Shown here in pieces: positions 18,750 through 28,119 of a DNA stretch of 64,000 bases. Both the position numbers and the translations under genes were made by a program. How positions within the stretch are numbered: the stretch's first letter is position 1; each line of letters opens with the position of its first letter. This DNA comes from Candidatus Omnitrophota bacterium (GTDB taxonomy: Bacteria; Omnitrophota; Gorgyraeia; Zapsychrales; Fredricksoniimonadaceae). The stretch is taken from positions 864 through 64,863 of the forward strand of contig CAIVRE010000022.1 in NCBI GenBank assembly GCA_903908245.1, written 5' to 3'. Below the pieces are notes generated by a model. That model saw only the letters and a program-made list of their open reading frames with translations. It was not told the origin of the DNA and ran no database searches.

Positions 18750-19663
18750 TATTATCGATCTTTTTTCACTGGTTCTTCGTGTGCCTGACCGCGCCGTTCT
18801 TTCTTGGCGTGATCGGCAGGGTCAAGGCTTTTGCCTCGGGTAAGGTAGGACCGCCTTTATTGCAGCCGTATTTTGATCTGGGCAAGCTTTTTCGTAAAAG
18901 AAGCATATACAGCCGCAATATGACATGGGTATTTCGTCTGGCTCCGGCCGTCACTTTTGCGGCAATGCTTGCGGTGTCTTTGCTGGTCCCGTTCGGTGCA
19001 TTAAAAGCGCCGGTCCAGTTCGAGGGAGATATCCTTTTGATCGTGGGGGTCCTGGCGCTTAGCCGGTTCTTTATGATCGCGGCTGCGATGGATACGGGGT
19101 TTAGCATGGAAGGCATGGGGGCCAGCCGTGAAGCGTTCTTCGCGTGCCTTTCTGAAGTCGCGCTTTTCATGAATTTTATTACCCTGGCGCTTTTGGCACA
19201 TAGTCTCTCGCTTTCAAGGATGCTTGGCGCGGATAGTCCTGTCTCCTGGAATCTCCTTGGGCCTGCACTCCTTTTGGTGGTGGCCAGTTTTTTCATTGTA
19301 TTTCTGGCGGAGAATTGCCGTATCCCGATTGACGATCCTGATACGCATCTGGAACTGACCATGATCCATGAGGTGATGCTTCTGGAGCATGGCGGGGTGG
19401 ATCTGGCGTATATGTTTTACGCGGCGGCAGTGAAATTTTTTATTTTTGCGGCGATATTGGTCCCTATTATCCTTCCTGTTCAAACGGAGTATCTTTGTGT
19501 GCGAATGATGTCTTTTCTTGGCGGGATGCTGGGATTATCGGTCCTGGTTGGGATCGTGGAATCGTCGATGGCGCGTATCCGTCTTGACCGGGTCAGGAAC
19601 CTTTTATTGATCTCTTTTGCTTTGGCGTTTTTCGGCCTTATTGTCGCGCTGTGGAGGGGGTAG
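18734..19663 (+). CDS. NuoH/HyfC/HycD-like membrane subunit
   Basis: N-terminal GKVGPPLLQPYFDLGKLFRK matches the NuoH RxGPNxxGxxGLLQPxADxxKL motif. Confidence 0.75.
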   Translation: METEMILSIFFHWFFVCLTAPFFLGVIGRVKAFASGKVGPPLLQPYFDLGKLFRKRSIYSRNMTWVFRLAPAVTFAAMLAVSLLVPFGALKAPVQFEGDILLIVGVLALSRFFMIAAAMDTGFSMEGMGASREAFFACLSEVALFMNFITLALLAHSLSLSRMLGADSPVSWNLLGPALLLVVASFFIVFLAENCRIPIDDPDTHLELTMIHEVMLLEHGGVDLAYMFYAAAVKFFIFAAILVPIILPVQTEYLCVRMMSFLGGMLGLSVLVGIVESSMARIRLDRVRNLLLISFALAFFGLIVALWRG

Positions 19664-19664
19664 G

Positions 19665-20318
19665 ATGACCACCTGGATCGATGCCAGCTGTATTCTGATC
19701 GTATTCTTTGCCCTGAGTATTCTGGCGACATCCCGTATTGTCGGGATGATCCAGATCTTTGTGCTGCAGTCGTTCGTCCTCAGCCTGATGCCGCTCTTTT
19801 TGCATGCCAATGCCATTTCTGCGCATGATCTTTTGCTTTCTTTCGGCACGATGCTGCTTAAGGCGGCACTTGTTCCCTTTGTCCTTTTTTGGGCGATCCG
19901 GCATATTTCCATGCGTTCCGAGGTTAAGCCTCTCATCGGGCTTGGTTCATCGATCGTTTGCGGTGCTCTTTTGATCGCCGGGGCTTTCTGGGTTTCTTTG
20001 TCGTTGCGATTGCCGGGCAGGCCGGAGACTGACCTGGGGTTGCCGTGTTCACTGGCGACCGTCCTGCTCGGGTTTATGATCATGGTGACGCGTACGCGGG
20101 CGGTGACCCAGGTTATCGGGTATTTGGTCATTGAGAACGGCATTTTTCTTTTTGCGGTATCGTTATTCGATGCCATGCCGACCCTGATCGAATTGGGGAT
20201 CCTTCTGGATATTTTTGTGGCTGTTTTTATCATGGCCATTGTGCTTAATCATATTAACGAGGAATTCGAACAGAATTCCGATATCGCGAGTCAGTCTAAA
20301 ATGGGAGAAACGTTTTGA
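19665..20318 (+). CDS. HyfE-like small membrane subunit
   Basis: 217 aa from the ATG preceded by GGAGGGGG. Hydrophobic. Size and position as for HyfE. Confidence 0.55.
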   Translation: MTTWIDASCILIVFFALSILATSRIVGMIQIFVLQSFVLSLMPLFLHANAISAHDLLLSFGTMLLKAALVPFVLFWAIRHISMRSEVKPLIGLGSSIVCGALLIAGAFWVSLSLRLPGRPETDLGLPCSLATVLLGFMIMVTRTRAVTQVIGYLVIENGIFLFAVSLFDAMPTLIELGILLDIFVAVFIMAIVLNHINEEFEQNSDIASQSKMGETF

Positions 20319-21727
20319 TCTTGTCCTTGTTGATCCTGACACCGTTCTTGTGCGCTGTTTCCGTCTTGTTGCCGGTCAGAAGGATGTTCCGTGTATGGAT
20401 GTTGTGTGCCGCTGCCGTAGCCCATAATGCGGTGGTTGTTTCATTTTGGTTCCGCCTTCCGCCTGCGGAATGGAACGGTTACCTGGTCCTTGATCCTTTG
20501 GGGCTGATCGTCTTGTCGATCGTCAGTTTTCTTTTTTTGTTCGTGTCGGTATTCGGGATCGGGTATTTTGAACACGAACAGAGGCTTAATCGTACGTTCA
20601 TGACGTGTTTGCTGCTTCTTCTTTCAACGATGACGCTTGTGACGGTGAGTTATCATATGGGGCTTTTGTGGGTGGCTGTTGAAACGACAACGCTGTTCAG
20701 CGCGCCGCTTATCAGTTTTCACCGCAGCCGCGGGAGCCTGGAAGCGACCTGGAAGTATTTACTGGTTTGTTCGGTTGGTATCGCATTGGCGTTGATGGGG
20801 ACATTCTTTCTGGCTATTGCGGCCCATGATGTCCGGACGCTTCTTTTGCCGTCCTTGCTCAGCGCAGCGCCGTTGTTATCCGTCAACTGGTTGAAATTGA
20901 GCGTTATTTTCCTTCTGGTCGGCTACGGCTGCAAGATGGGTTTGGCGCCGATGCACAGCTGGAAGCCGGAGGCTTATGGCCAGGCGACAGGCATGGCGGT
21001 CGTTTTAATGGCCGGAGGCTTGACGCAATGCGCTTTTTTGGCCATTCTCCGGGTCAGCCAGATCTGTTTTAAGACGGGATTAAGCGATTTTTTTTCTTCG
21101 ATCCTGATCCTGACCGGGGTTCTGTCGCTGGTGGTCCCGGCGATATTTATTCTGGCAGAAAAGAATGTTAAAAGGTCTTTTTCCTATTCTTCCATTGAAC
21201 ATATGGGGATACTTGCGCTGGGACTCGGGTTGGGAGGCGTCGGGATCTTCGGTGCTTTATTCCATATGATCAATAATGCGCTTGCGAAAGTCGTGATGTT
21301 CCTGACGGCAGGGTCCATTGCCCAGAAATACGGCTCATCCCGGGTGGATGATGTCCGGGGACTTATAAAGACATATCCTGTGACAGGGTTATTTCTGATC
21401 GTTGCCTTGCTGGCAGGGACGGGGATGTTCCCTTTCGCCACTTTTCACAGCGAGTTGATGGTTCTTAATGCCGCGGTCATTTCCGGGCATTATGTCCTTT
21501 CCGGGGTGGCGGTTTTATGCCTGGCGGTCATGTTCATCGGAGTGTCGAGGATCGTTCTTGAGATGGTTCATGGCCAGCCGACGGAGCCGTTATTGGCAAA
21601 GAAAGAGAATCCTTTTATGAATGTGGCGATCGCGGCAGCGGCAGTAGCGCTGGTCGGGCTTGGGCTCTGGATGCCTCAGCCTCTGGAAAGAGTTCTGCGC
21701 GAAGCGGCCGCCTTGTTGGGAGCGTAA
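20315..21727 (+). CDS. NuoN/NuoM/HyfF-like antiporter-type membrane subunit
   Basis: 470 aa polytopic. Conserved Lys/Glu-containing antiporter-fold helices. ATGA overlap with the upstream gene. Confidence 0.75.
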   Translation: MILSLLILTPFLCAVSVLLPVRRMFRVWMLCAAAVAHNAVVVSFWFRLPPAEWNGYLVLDPLGLIVLSIVSFLFLFVSVFGIGYFEHEQRLNRTFMTCLLLLLSTMTLVTVSYHMGLLWVAVETTTLFSAPLISFHRSRGSLEATWKYLLVCSVGIALALMGTFFLAIAAHDVRTLLLPSLLSAAPLLSVNWLKLSVIFLLVGYGCKMGLAPMHSWKPEAYGQATGMAVVLMAGGLTQCAFLAILRVSQICFKTGLSDFFSSILILTGVLSLVVPAIFILAEKNVKRSFSYSSIEHMGILALGLGLGGVGIFGALFHMINNALAKVVMFLTAGSIAQKYGSSRVDDVRGLIKTYPVTGLFLIVALLAGTGMFPFATFHSELMVLNAAVISGHYVLSGVAVLCLAVMFIGVSRIVLEMVHGQPTEPLLAKKENPFMNVAIAAAAVALVGLGLWMPQPLERVLREAAALLGA

Positions 21728-21733
21728 GAAATC

Positions 21734-23245
21734 ATGGGATTATTTAATGGCGGGAATATTGCTTTAACGGATATTCCTGTTTTGACATCAGATGAATTTC
21801 GGGGTGAAGTTGTTCGTCACTGTCAAAGCGGCGACCGACTGGTGAATCTTTTCGGGAGTTCCGACGGGCCGCAGGGGGTGCGTTTATTCGCGGTCCTTGG
21901 GCTCGAAGATGAAGGGGGGCTTCTGGTGTTATCAACCAGGGTCCTGGCCGGATCCCCGAGTTACAGGTCGATCACCAGGGACTTGCCGGCAGCTCATTTG
22001 TTCGAGAGGGAGATCGCCGAGCAATGGGCTATCCTGCCCGAGGGGCATCCCTGGCTCAAGCCTGTCCGGTATCATGTGAATTATCGCGGCGTTGCGGATA
22101 TTTGGCCGGAGATCGAACGGCGTTCGATCCCGGGGGTGTATCCTTTTTACGCCATGGACGGCGATGAAGTTCATGAAGTGGGTGTCGGCCCGGTACATGC
22201 CGGCATTATTGAGCCCGGGCATTTCCGGTTCCAGTGCCATGGTGAAAATATTTTGCATTTGGAGATCCAGCTGGGATATCAGCATCGCGGAATTGAGCCG
22301 ATGCTGTGCGGCCGCGATTTGAAACGCGGCGTGTTACTCAGTGAATCTATTGCCGGGGATACTTCCATCGGACATTCCCTGGCCTTTTGTGAGGTTGTTG
22401 AGTCGCTGGCAGGGGTTATGGTCCCGCCCAGGGCGCAGGCTATTCGCGTTGCGGCGTTGGAGCTGGAGCGGCTGGTGAATCATGTGGGGGACCTGGGCGC
22501 TTTGGGAATGGATGCCGGGTTCCTGCCGACCAGCGCGTATTTTGGGCGGATGCGGGGTGATTATTTGAATTTATTGCTGGCGCTTACGGGCAACCGTTTT
22601 GGCAAGGGGTTATGCCGTCCGGGAGGTGTTGTGTTTGATATGGATGCCGGGATGGTGGACGAGTTTTGTTATAAGCTTAAATGTTATAAAAAAGAATTTG
22701 ATGATGTGAGCGGGCTTCTATTCTCACGGCCCTCGGTCCTGGCGCGTTTTGAAGGCGTCGGGGTGATAGCGATGGAGGAGGCTAAGATCCTTGGGCTTGT
22801 TGGGCCTGTTGCGCGCGCGAGCCAGCTGGAGCAGGATGTCCGCATTGAATATTCGTCGGGGATGTGGCAGTATTATCACATTCCGATCTCTTTATCTGCG
22901 ACGGGTGATGTGCTTGCCCGTGCTTTGGTTCGGCGGCAGGAAGTATTGCGCTCCATTGAGTTCCTGCTCAAGATACTCCCCGGGTTGCCCAAGGGGCCTG
23001 TTTCGGCCCCTGTGGGGCCGATGAAGGCGGACAGCTTTGCCGTGTCTATGGTCGAGGGATGGCGCGGGGAGATCATGCATGTCGGGATCACGGATGACCA
23101 GGGTTCTTTCACCCGTTACAAGGTCAAGGACCCCTCTTTTCATAACTGGTTCGGACTGGCACAGGCAATGCGCGGCCAGGAAATATCAGACTTTCCTTTG
23201 TGTAACAAGAGTTTCAATTTATCTTATTGCGGGCATGACCTATGA
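21734..23245 (+). CDS. NuoC-NuoD / HycE-like large subunit, apparently lacking [NiFe] cysteine ligands (Ehr-type)
   Basis: GVGPVHAGIIEPGHFRF...GYQHRGIEP matches NuoD/HycE. The position of the L1 motif RxCGxCxxxH reads SIAGDTSIGH. The C-terminal DPCxxCxxR position reads NLSYCGHDL. Confidence 0.7.
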   Translation: MGLFNGGNIALTDIPVLTSDEFRGEVVRHCQSGDRLVNLFGSSDGPQGVRLFAVLGLEDEGGLLVLSTRVLAGSPSYRSITRDLPAAHLFEREIAEQWAILPEGHPWLKPVRYHVNYRGVADIWPEIERRSIPGVYPFYAMDGDEVHEVGVGPVHAGIIEPGHFRFQCHGENILHLEIQLGYQHRGIEPMLCGRDLKRGVLLSESIAGDTSIGHSLAFCEVVESLAGVMVPPRAQAIRVAALELERLVNHVGDLGALGMDAGFLPTSAYFGRMRGDYLNLLLALTGNRFGKGLCRPGGVVFDMDAGMVDEFCYKLKCYKKEFDDVSGLLFSRPSVLARFEGVGVIAMEEAKILGLVGPVARASQLEQDVRIEYSSGMWQYYHIPISLSATGDVLARALVRRQEVLRSIEFLLKILPGLPKGPVSAPVGPMKADSFAVSMVEGWRGEIMHVGITDDQGSFTRYKVKDPSFHNWFGLAQAMRGQEISDFPLCNKSFNLSYCGHDL

Positions 23246-23261
23246 ATGACCGGGTGGATCA

Positions 23262-23939
23262 ATGTTGAGGATTCTGATAACACGTTTTAAACAGGGGTGC
23301 CGCACTTTATCTTTCCCCAAGGGGGCGCTCCCCGTCCTTCCTGTGCGTTACCGTGGCCGCCCTGTCATTGCCGGTCAGGGAGGGGCGCTGGATCTTGGCG
23401 CAATGACTTTTATCCCTGACAGCGGGGTCCGGTATTCCAATGACTTCCGAATGGCGGTGAGGCGGAGGGAAGATCTGATCCTTAAGGGGGATGAGTACGC
23501 GCTGGCACGGGCAGTGAATGACGGGATCGTGAAAATGTTCGGACGTTCGCTGAAACTTCGGCAGGTCTCGGCCGGGGGGTGCAACGCGTGTGAGGCGGAC
23601 ATTAATGTTTTGAACACGCCTGTGTTCGATCTTAGCCGTTTTGGGATCCAGTTCGTGGCGTCTCCCCGGCATGCCGATGGCATTGTTGTGACTGGCCCTG
23701 TTACGCGCAATATGCGGGAGGCGCTCGTGAAGACCTACGAGGCGGTCCCGGACCCAAAGATCGTTATTGCCGTCGGGGCTTGTGCTGTTTCGGGGGGGAT
23801 CTTTGCGGATACTCCGCAATGTTCCAACGGATTGGGGGATATTCTTCCTGTCGACCTGTATATTCCCGGTTGCCCTCCGCATCCGTTAACGATCCTCGAT
23901 GGGCTGTTAAGATTGATCGGAAGGTTAAGCAAGGGGTAG
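23262..23939 (+). CDS. NuoB/HycG-like small subunit with [4Fe-4S] ligands and ~95-aa N-terminal extension
   Basis: GGCNACE, SPRHADGIVVTG, VGACAVSGG, YIPGCPPHP. Confidence 0.8.
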   Translation: MLRILITRFKQGCRTLSFPKGALPVLPVRYRGRPVIAGQGGALDLGAMTFIPDSGVRYSNDFRMAVRRREDLILKGDEYALARAVNDGIVKMFGRSLKLRQVSAGGCNACEADINVLNTPVFDLSRFGIQFVASPRHADGIVVTGPVTRNMREALVKTYEAVPDPKIVIAVGACAVSGGIFADTPQCSNGLGDILPVDLYIPGCPPHPLTILDGLLRLIGRLSKG

Positions 23940-24004
23940 TTGCAGGCCGGATCTTTTCGAGGATTTCTTTAAGGGATCGTTTCGAATATGTTAAAATAAA
24001 ATCC

Positions 24005-25387
24005 ATGTCATTTCGTGTCCGCCTTACAATAGCGATGATCCTTTCAATGTTGCTGATCGTTGTTTTAAGCAATATTGTTATCCAGCGGTTTCTTCTCAAT
24101 GCCCAGCTCCAGGAATTACGGGACAAGCTCAAGACAGTGGCCCAGACTGCGGCCGTTAGTGTCGATCCTTCTGTTTTGCAGGCGATCCCTTTGAATAAAG
24201 AGGGGGTTCATTCGCCTGCTTACAAGACAGTTGCGAATTTTCTTGTCCGGGTCCGTGACAACAATCAAAAGATACAGTATATTTATATTCTTACCAGGGT
24301 TGGGAAAGAGGGGTTTTGGCGGTTTGTTGCTGATATTGACTCGAAGAATGTTAAAGACAAGGCTGCGGCGTTCCCCGGGGATAAATATGATGCCTCCCGT
24401 TTTTCGGAGATGCTCAAGGCCTGGGAGGGGCCTTCATCGGACAAGGATATTGAGGTTGATGAGTGGGGGGCTTCTCTGTCGGGTTATGCGCCGATCAGGG
24501 GTGCGGATGGTCAGACCATCGCGGTCCTGGGGGTGGATATATCGGCAGGGAATTATTATGCCACACTTCGTGTGGTCAATGACCGGACCCTTTTGTTGTT
24601 CTTCGCGGGCGTTCTTCTTTCTCTTGTTGTCGGTGTACTGATGTCGATCTATATCACGGCACCTATTGAGGCATTGGTGGAGGGGACAAAGCGCCTCAGC
24701 CTGGGGGACTTGCAGCATAAAGTCCCTGTAAGAAGAAAAGACGAGATCGGACAGCTGGCCGTGTCTTTTAACAAGATGGCGGGTGATCTTGACAGCGCGA
24801 GAGAACAGAACCTGAATTATTTCTATGGCGTTATCAAGGCACTGGTGCGTATTGTTGAGGCAAAGGACAAATATACCCGTGGTCATTCGGAGCGGGTAGC
24901 CGAGTATGCTGCGGGGATCGCGGCCAAGATGGGGTTTTCCAGGGATGATATTAATTTTGTCCGGCAAACGGCGGTCTTGCATGATATCGGGAAGATTGGG
25001 ATCCAGGATGATATCTTGAACAAGAACGGAGCCTTGACGGAGGAAGAGAGAGAGATCGTTAATCAGCATCCCAAGGTCGGCGAGGAGATCATTATGCCGG
25101 TGGCATTTGCGCCTGAGATGGCGGCGGTCATTCGCGGGCATCATGAGCGTTATGACGGAAAAGGTTATCCCGACTCTTTGCAGGGTGAAAATATCAGTAT
25201 TTTCTCCAAGATCATCTGCGTGGCGGATTCTTATGATGCCATGACATCCACCCGCGCTTATCGCAGTGCCCGCACGCGTGATGAGGCCATGGCCGAGATC
25301 AGAAAGAACAGGGGCACACAATTCGATCCTGCAGTTGTCGATGCTTTTTTTGCCCTCATCAACGATGAAGTCAGGGCGGTCATATGA
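24005..25387 (+). CDS. membrane-anchored HD-GYP phosphodiesterase with periplasmic sensor and HAMP domain
   Basis: Two TM segments flank a ~240-aa periplasmic domain. HAMP: DEIGQLAVSFNKMAGDL. HD-GYP: HDIGKIGI...HHERYDGKGYP. Start at 24005 chosen over the upstream overlapping extension. Confidence 0.75.
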   Translation: MSFRVRLTIAMILSMLLIVVLSNIVIQRFLLNAQLQELRDKLKTVAQTAAVSVDPSVLQAIPLNKEGVHSPAYKTVANFLVRVRDNNQKIQYIYILTRVGKEGFWRFVADIDSKNVKDKAAAFPGDKYDASRFSEMLKAWEGPSSDKDIEVDEWGASLSGYAPIRGADGQTIAVLGVDISAGNYYATLRVVNDRTLLLFFAGVLLSLVVGVLMSIYITAPIEALVEGTKRLSLGDLQHKVPVRRKDEIGQLAVSFNKMAGDLDSAREQNLNYFYGVIKALVRIVEAKDKYTRGHSERVAEYAAGIAAKMGFSRDDINFVRQTAVLHDIGKIGIQDDILNKNGALTEEEREIVNQHPKVGEEIIMPVAFAPEMAAVIRGHHERYDGKGYPDSLQGENISIFSKIICVADSYDAMTSTRAYRSARTRDEAMAEIRKNRGTQFDPAVVDAFFALINDEVRAVI

Positions 25388-27429
25388 TCAATTGCTCCTG
25401 GCTTGGCCTCTTACGACGGCCTTCGATCCTTATCCCTGTTGCCTTTATTGTCTGGACAGCCTCTCTGTGGGGTTTTTTGAGCGGCCGTGTCGGGCTGACT
25501 TCGGATGCGGTTTCCTATTATGAACATACGAAATTCTTCATTGACCAGATAGGCCGCGGGCAGTTCCCTTTATGGGACCCTTATTGGAGCGGAGGTGTTC
25601 CCAATGATTTCTTTCTGCGCCGCATCGGGCCATATAATCCGTTCTTGCTGATCGTTCTTGTCCTTAACAAGCTGGGCGTGAAATTTTTAAGCGCCTATAT
25701 GATATTTCAGGCCCTGTATTTCTTTTTTGGAATGACAGGGTTTTATCTCTTGAGCCGAAAGCTGTTGAAAGACGGATCGGCCGCGTTCCTGGCTTTTTTG
25801 TTGCTGACATTCTCCGCGCTGGGCACAAGGATGTTCGATTCGTATATGCTCCTGGTCACTATTCCGGCGATATGGTTTTTTTATTTTCTGGTGTCTTTCT
25901 TTATTGAGCCCCGAAGGTCCCGCGCGGCGGGCATGACCGTGGCGTTGATGCTCCTGGTAACGACCTATGTTCCTTTGTATTTCCTGGTGATCCTGCTTTT
26001 TTTCATTCTTGCGTATGTTCTTGTTTTTTGGAGGGATATCCCTTGCCGCATATCTTCTCTTTTCGGTTTTATAGGCCGGAACAAGGCCTTTTCAGTTGTA
26101 TGCGCCGCGGCGATCCTGGCAGCCATGATCCCGGGTCTGTCTTTTTACGGAGATGCAGGGAAAGGCGGGATCGCTATTCCCGGCCGCCATTATAATACTG
26201 AAGCCAGGCATGTCCTGGTGGTCGAGCCGCAGTTGCTCAGCCCCTGGTCGATCATGGAGGAATTTTTCTTTTCGTATTATTTTACAGATCTTACCCGTAT
26301 CGCTTTTGCGATCGTTTATGTGCCGTTATTTGCTTTTTTGGTCCTTGGGGCAGGGATATTTTCCCGCCTTACGGGTTTGTTCGTTTTGTTATTCCTTTGG
26401 GGTGTGAGTTTGTTGCTTTTTTCAATGCCAATTGGGTTCCCGATGTACGGTTTTCTTTATAAATACCTCGGGTTCGTGAAATATTTCAGGAACCTTCATT
26501 TTCTTTTATGGTTTGCCGGTTTACCGATCTTTGCTTTACTTGTCGGAGAGGCCTGGAAAAACCTGGCCGAGCAGCGGTTGGAGAAGCGGTCCTGGAGATT
26601 GTTGATCGTTGTTGTTATCGTGCATTTTCTGGCTTTTCTTTTTTTGTGGTTGCAGGGAGATGCGCTGGTTTCGACTTTCCTGGCCCTGGCGCTTAGCGGC
26701 TGTGCCTGGGGGGTTTTCTTGTCACGCAGTCAACGGATCCATCAATGGCTTTTGCCGGCATTGCTTCTTGCCATTGTGGTTCAACCGGTGGAGGTTTTTT
26801 CTTATCTGTCGCGGAATTATCCCCAAGGGGAGACAGGGTCTTTTTACACGAATTTTGATTATAAATTTGCTCATATTACTCAGCATGCAGGAGAGGGCCG
26901 TATCCCTTCTTTGGAGAATAGCGCATACATGTCTTTGTCCGGAACTCCCCCTACCTTGTATTATTCAACGGATATATATAAAACCCTGCGTGCGAAAGTC
27001 GGGGCGAGTGATCTTGAGCGGTATGAGCGATTCAAGTTTTATCTTTACGATCAGCGGCCTTTGTCCGATAGCCTGACGGATGCGTTTTCCGGTGTTCCGG
27101 TCAAGGCGGACAGCGATCTTTTGCGTGTCCAGAAGTTCGGGGTCAACGAGGTGGTCATTAAGGCCCGTCTGGGTTCCCCGAAATTCGTGGTTTACAATGA
27201 TGTGAATTATCCCGGGTGGTCTTTGATGGTCAATGGGAAAGCCCAGTCATTGGAAACGACGAATGGGGCGTATAAAGGGTTTTGGTTGCCGGCTGGCGAG
27301 AGCGTGGCCAGCCTTCGGTTCGGTTCTTTTGGGAAACACTTGTTCAACTGGATCGTCATGATGTCTTTTTACGGGATGTTTTCTTATACGATCTTTTTAT
27401 ATTGCCGGAGACGGTATGCCGCAGTTTAA
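25384..27429 (+). CDS. YfhO-like polytopic membrane protein (putative GT-C glycosyltransferase)
   Basis: 681 aa, >10 TM. C-terminal NYPGWSLMVNGKAQSL...FWLPAGESVASLRF resembles the YfhO C-terminal module. Confidence 0.45.
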   Translation: MINCSWLGLLRRPSILIPVAFIVWTASLWGFLSGRVGLTSDAVSYYEHTKFFIDQIGRGQFPLWDPYWSGGVPNDFFLRRIGPYNPFLLIVLVLNKLGVKFLSAYMIFQALYFFFGMTGFYLLSRKLLKDGSAAFLAFLLLTFSALGTRMFDSYMLLVTIPAIWFFYFLVSFFIEPRRSRAAGMTVALMLLVTTYVPLYFLVILLFFILAYVLVFWRDIPCRISSLFGFIGRNKAFSVVCAAAILAAMIPGLSFYGDAGKGGIAIPGRHYNTEARHVLVVEPQLLSPWSIMEEFFFSYYFTDLTRIAFAIVYVPLFAFLVLGAGIFSRLTGLFVLLFLWGVSLLLFSMPIGFPMYGFLYKYLGFVKYFRNLHFLLWFAGLPIFALLVGEAWKNLAEQRLEKRSWRLLIVVVIVHFLAFLFLWLQGDALVSTFLALALSGCAWGVFLSRSQRIHQWLLPALLLAIVVQPVEVFSYLSRNYPQGETGSFYTNFDYKFAHITQHAGEGRIPSLENSAYMSLSGTPPTLYYSTDIYKTLRAKVGASDLERYERFKFYLYDQRPLSDSLTDAFSGVPVKADSDLLRVQKFGVNEVVIKARLGSPKFVVYNDVNYPGWSLMVNGKAQSLETTNGAYKGFWLPAGESVASLRFGSFGKHLFNWIVMMSFYGMFSYTIFLYCRRRYAAV

Positions 27430-28048
27430 GAAAGCCTCCTTTAAGGTTATATATTTTTATCTTCTTTGCGCGTTGTTCCTTTTTTTCGCTGTTGATCGCA
27501 AGAAGGTGGCGGAACATGCCTGGCCGAAAACATTAAGCCGGCTGAGGGTGGAATATTCTTACCTGGTCAATGCGGCGAATGGTATTCCTCCGGGCCATTT
27601 GCAGTTGATCGACGGAAAGCGGTATTTTAATGCGATCATCAGCATTTATGGCCAGCGTTCGGACGCGTACGCGTTCCTGGGGATGTCGTATTATTATTTG
27701 GGAGACCGCAAGCTGTCCCGGGCGTATTTTTTGAAACTAAAGGATAAAGAGCAGGGATTCTTCTGGGCTTACTATGATCTTGCGGTCCTGGCGTATTTGG
27801 ATAAGGATTATTCCGCTGCCGGGGAGTATTGCCAAACAGCGGTCCAGCTTCCGGCAGAAATGTCTGTGGCCTACATGATGGGGAGCAAGGTTTATCAGCC
27901 TTTATTCGTAGAGAATGCTTTTACGCCGCAGATATTGGCCCGGAATATCGAACGGGCAAAAATGCTTTTATTGCAGATGTTCATTGCGATCAAAGCAGGG
28001 AATAATCCCGCGCCTTTTATTGACAAGATCCCGGTCAGTGTTTTTTGA
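27416..28048 (+). CDS. membrane-anchored TPR-repeat protein
   Basis: N-terminal TM helix. Repeated A/Y-rich TPR-like helices (AYAFLGMSYYYLGD..., AYYDLAVLAYLDKDYSAAGEY). Confidence 0.5.
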   Translation: MPQFKKASFKVIYFYLLCALFLFFAVDRKKVAEHAWPKTLSRLRVEYSYLVNAANGIPPGHLQLIDGKRYFNAIISIYGQRSDAYAFLGMSYYYLGDRKLSRAYFLKLKDKEQGFFWAYYDLAVLAYLDKDYSAAGEYCQTAVQLPAEMSVAYMMGSKVYQPLFVENAFTPQILARNIERAKMLLLQMFIAIKAGNNPAPFIDKIPVSVF

Positions 28049-28072
28049 AGAGAAAAGAGATCCGTAGAAATA

Positions 28073-28103
28073 AAAAAGACGCCTGGATCAGGCGTCTTTT
28101 TTA
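28073..28103. terminator. bidirectional Rho-independent terminator between convergent genes
   Basis: AAAAAAGACGCCTGGATCAGGCGTCTTTTTT, a perfect 10-bp stem flanked by A and T runs. Confidence 0.8.
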
Positions 28104-28119
28104 TTAAAGGCAAAGTTTT

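Noticed and set aside
21734-23245. Calling this a catalytic [NiFe] hydrogenase large subunit (HycE/HyfG)
   Set aside because: By-eye alignment shows the L1 CxxC pair replaced by A/T, and at most one Cys at the C-terminal L2 site. It is treated as Ehr/complex-I-like instead, pending proper alignment.
23780-24004. Upstream extension of the HD-GYP gene overlapping the NuoB-like gene
   Set aside because: Cys/Arg-rich non-protein-like translation overlapping a confident CDS. The membrane signal-anchor begins at the 24005 ATG.
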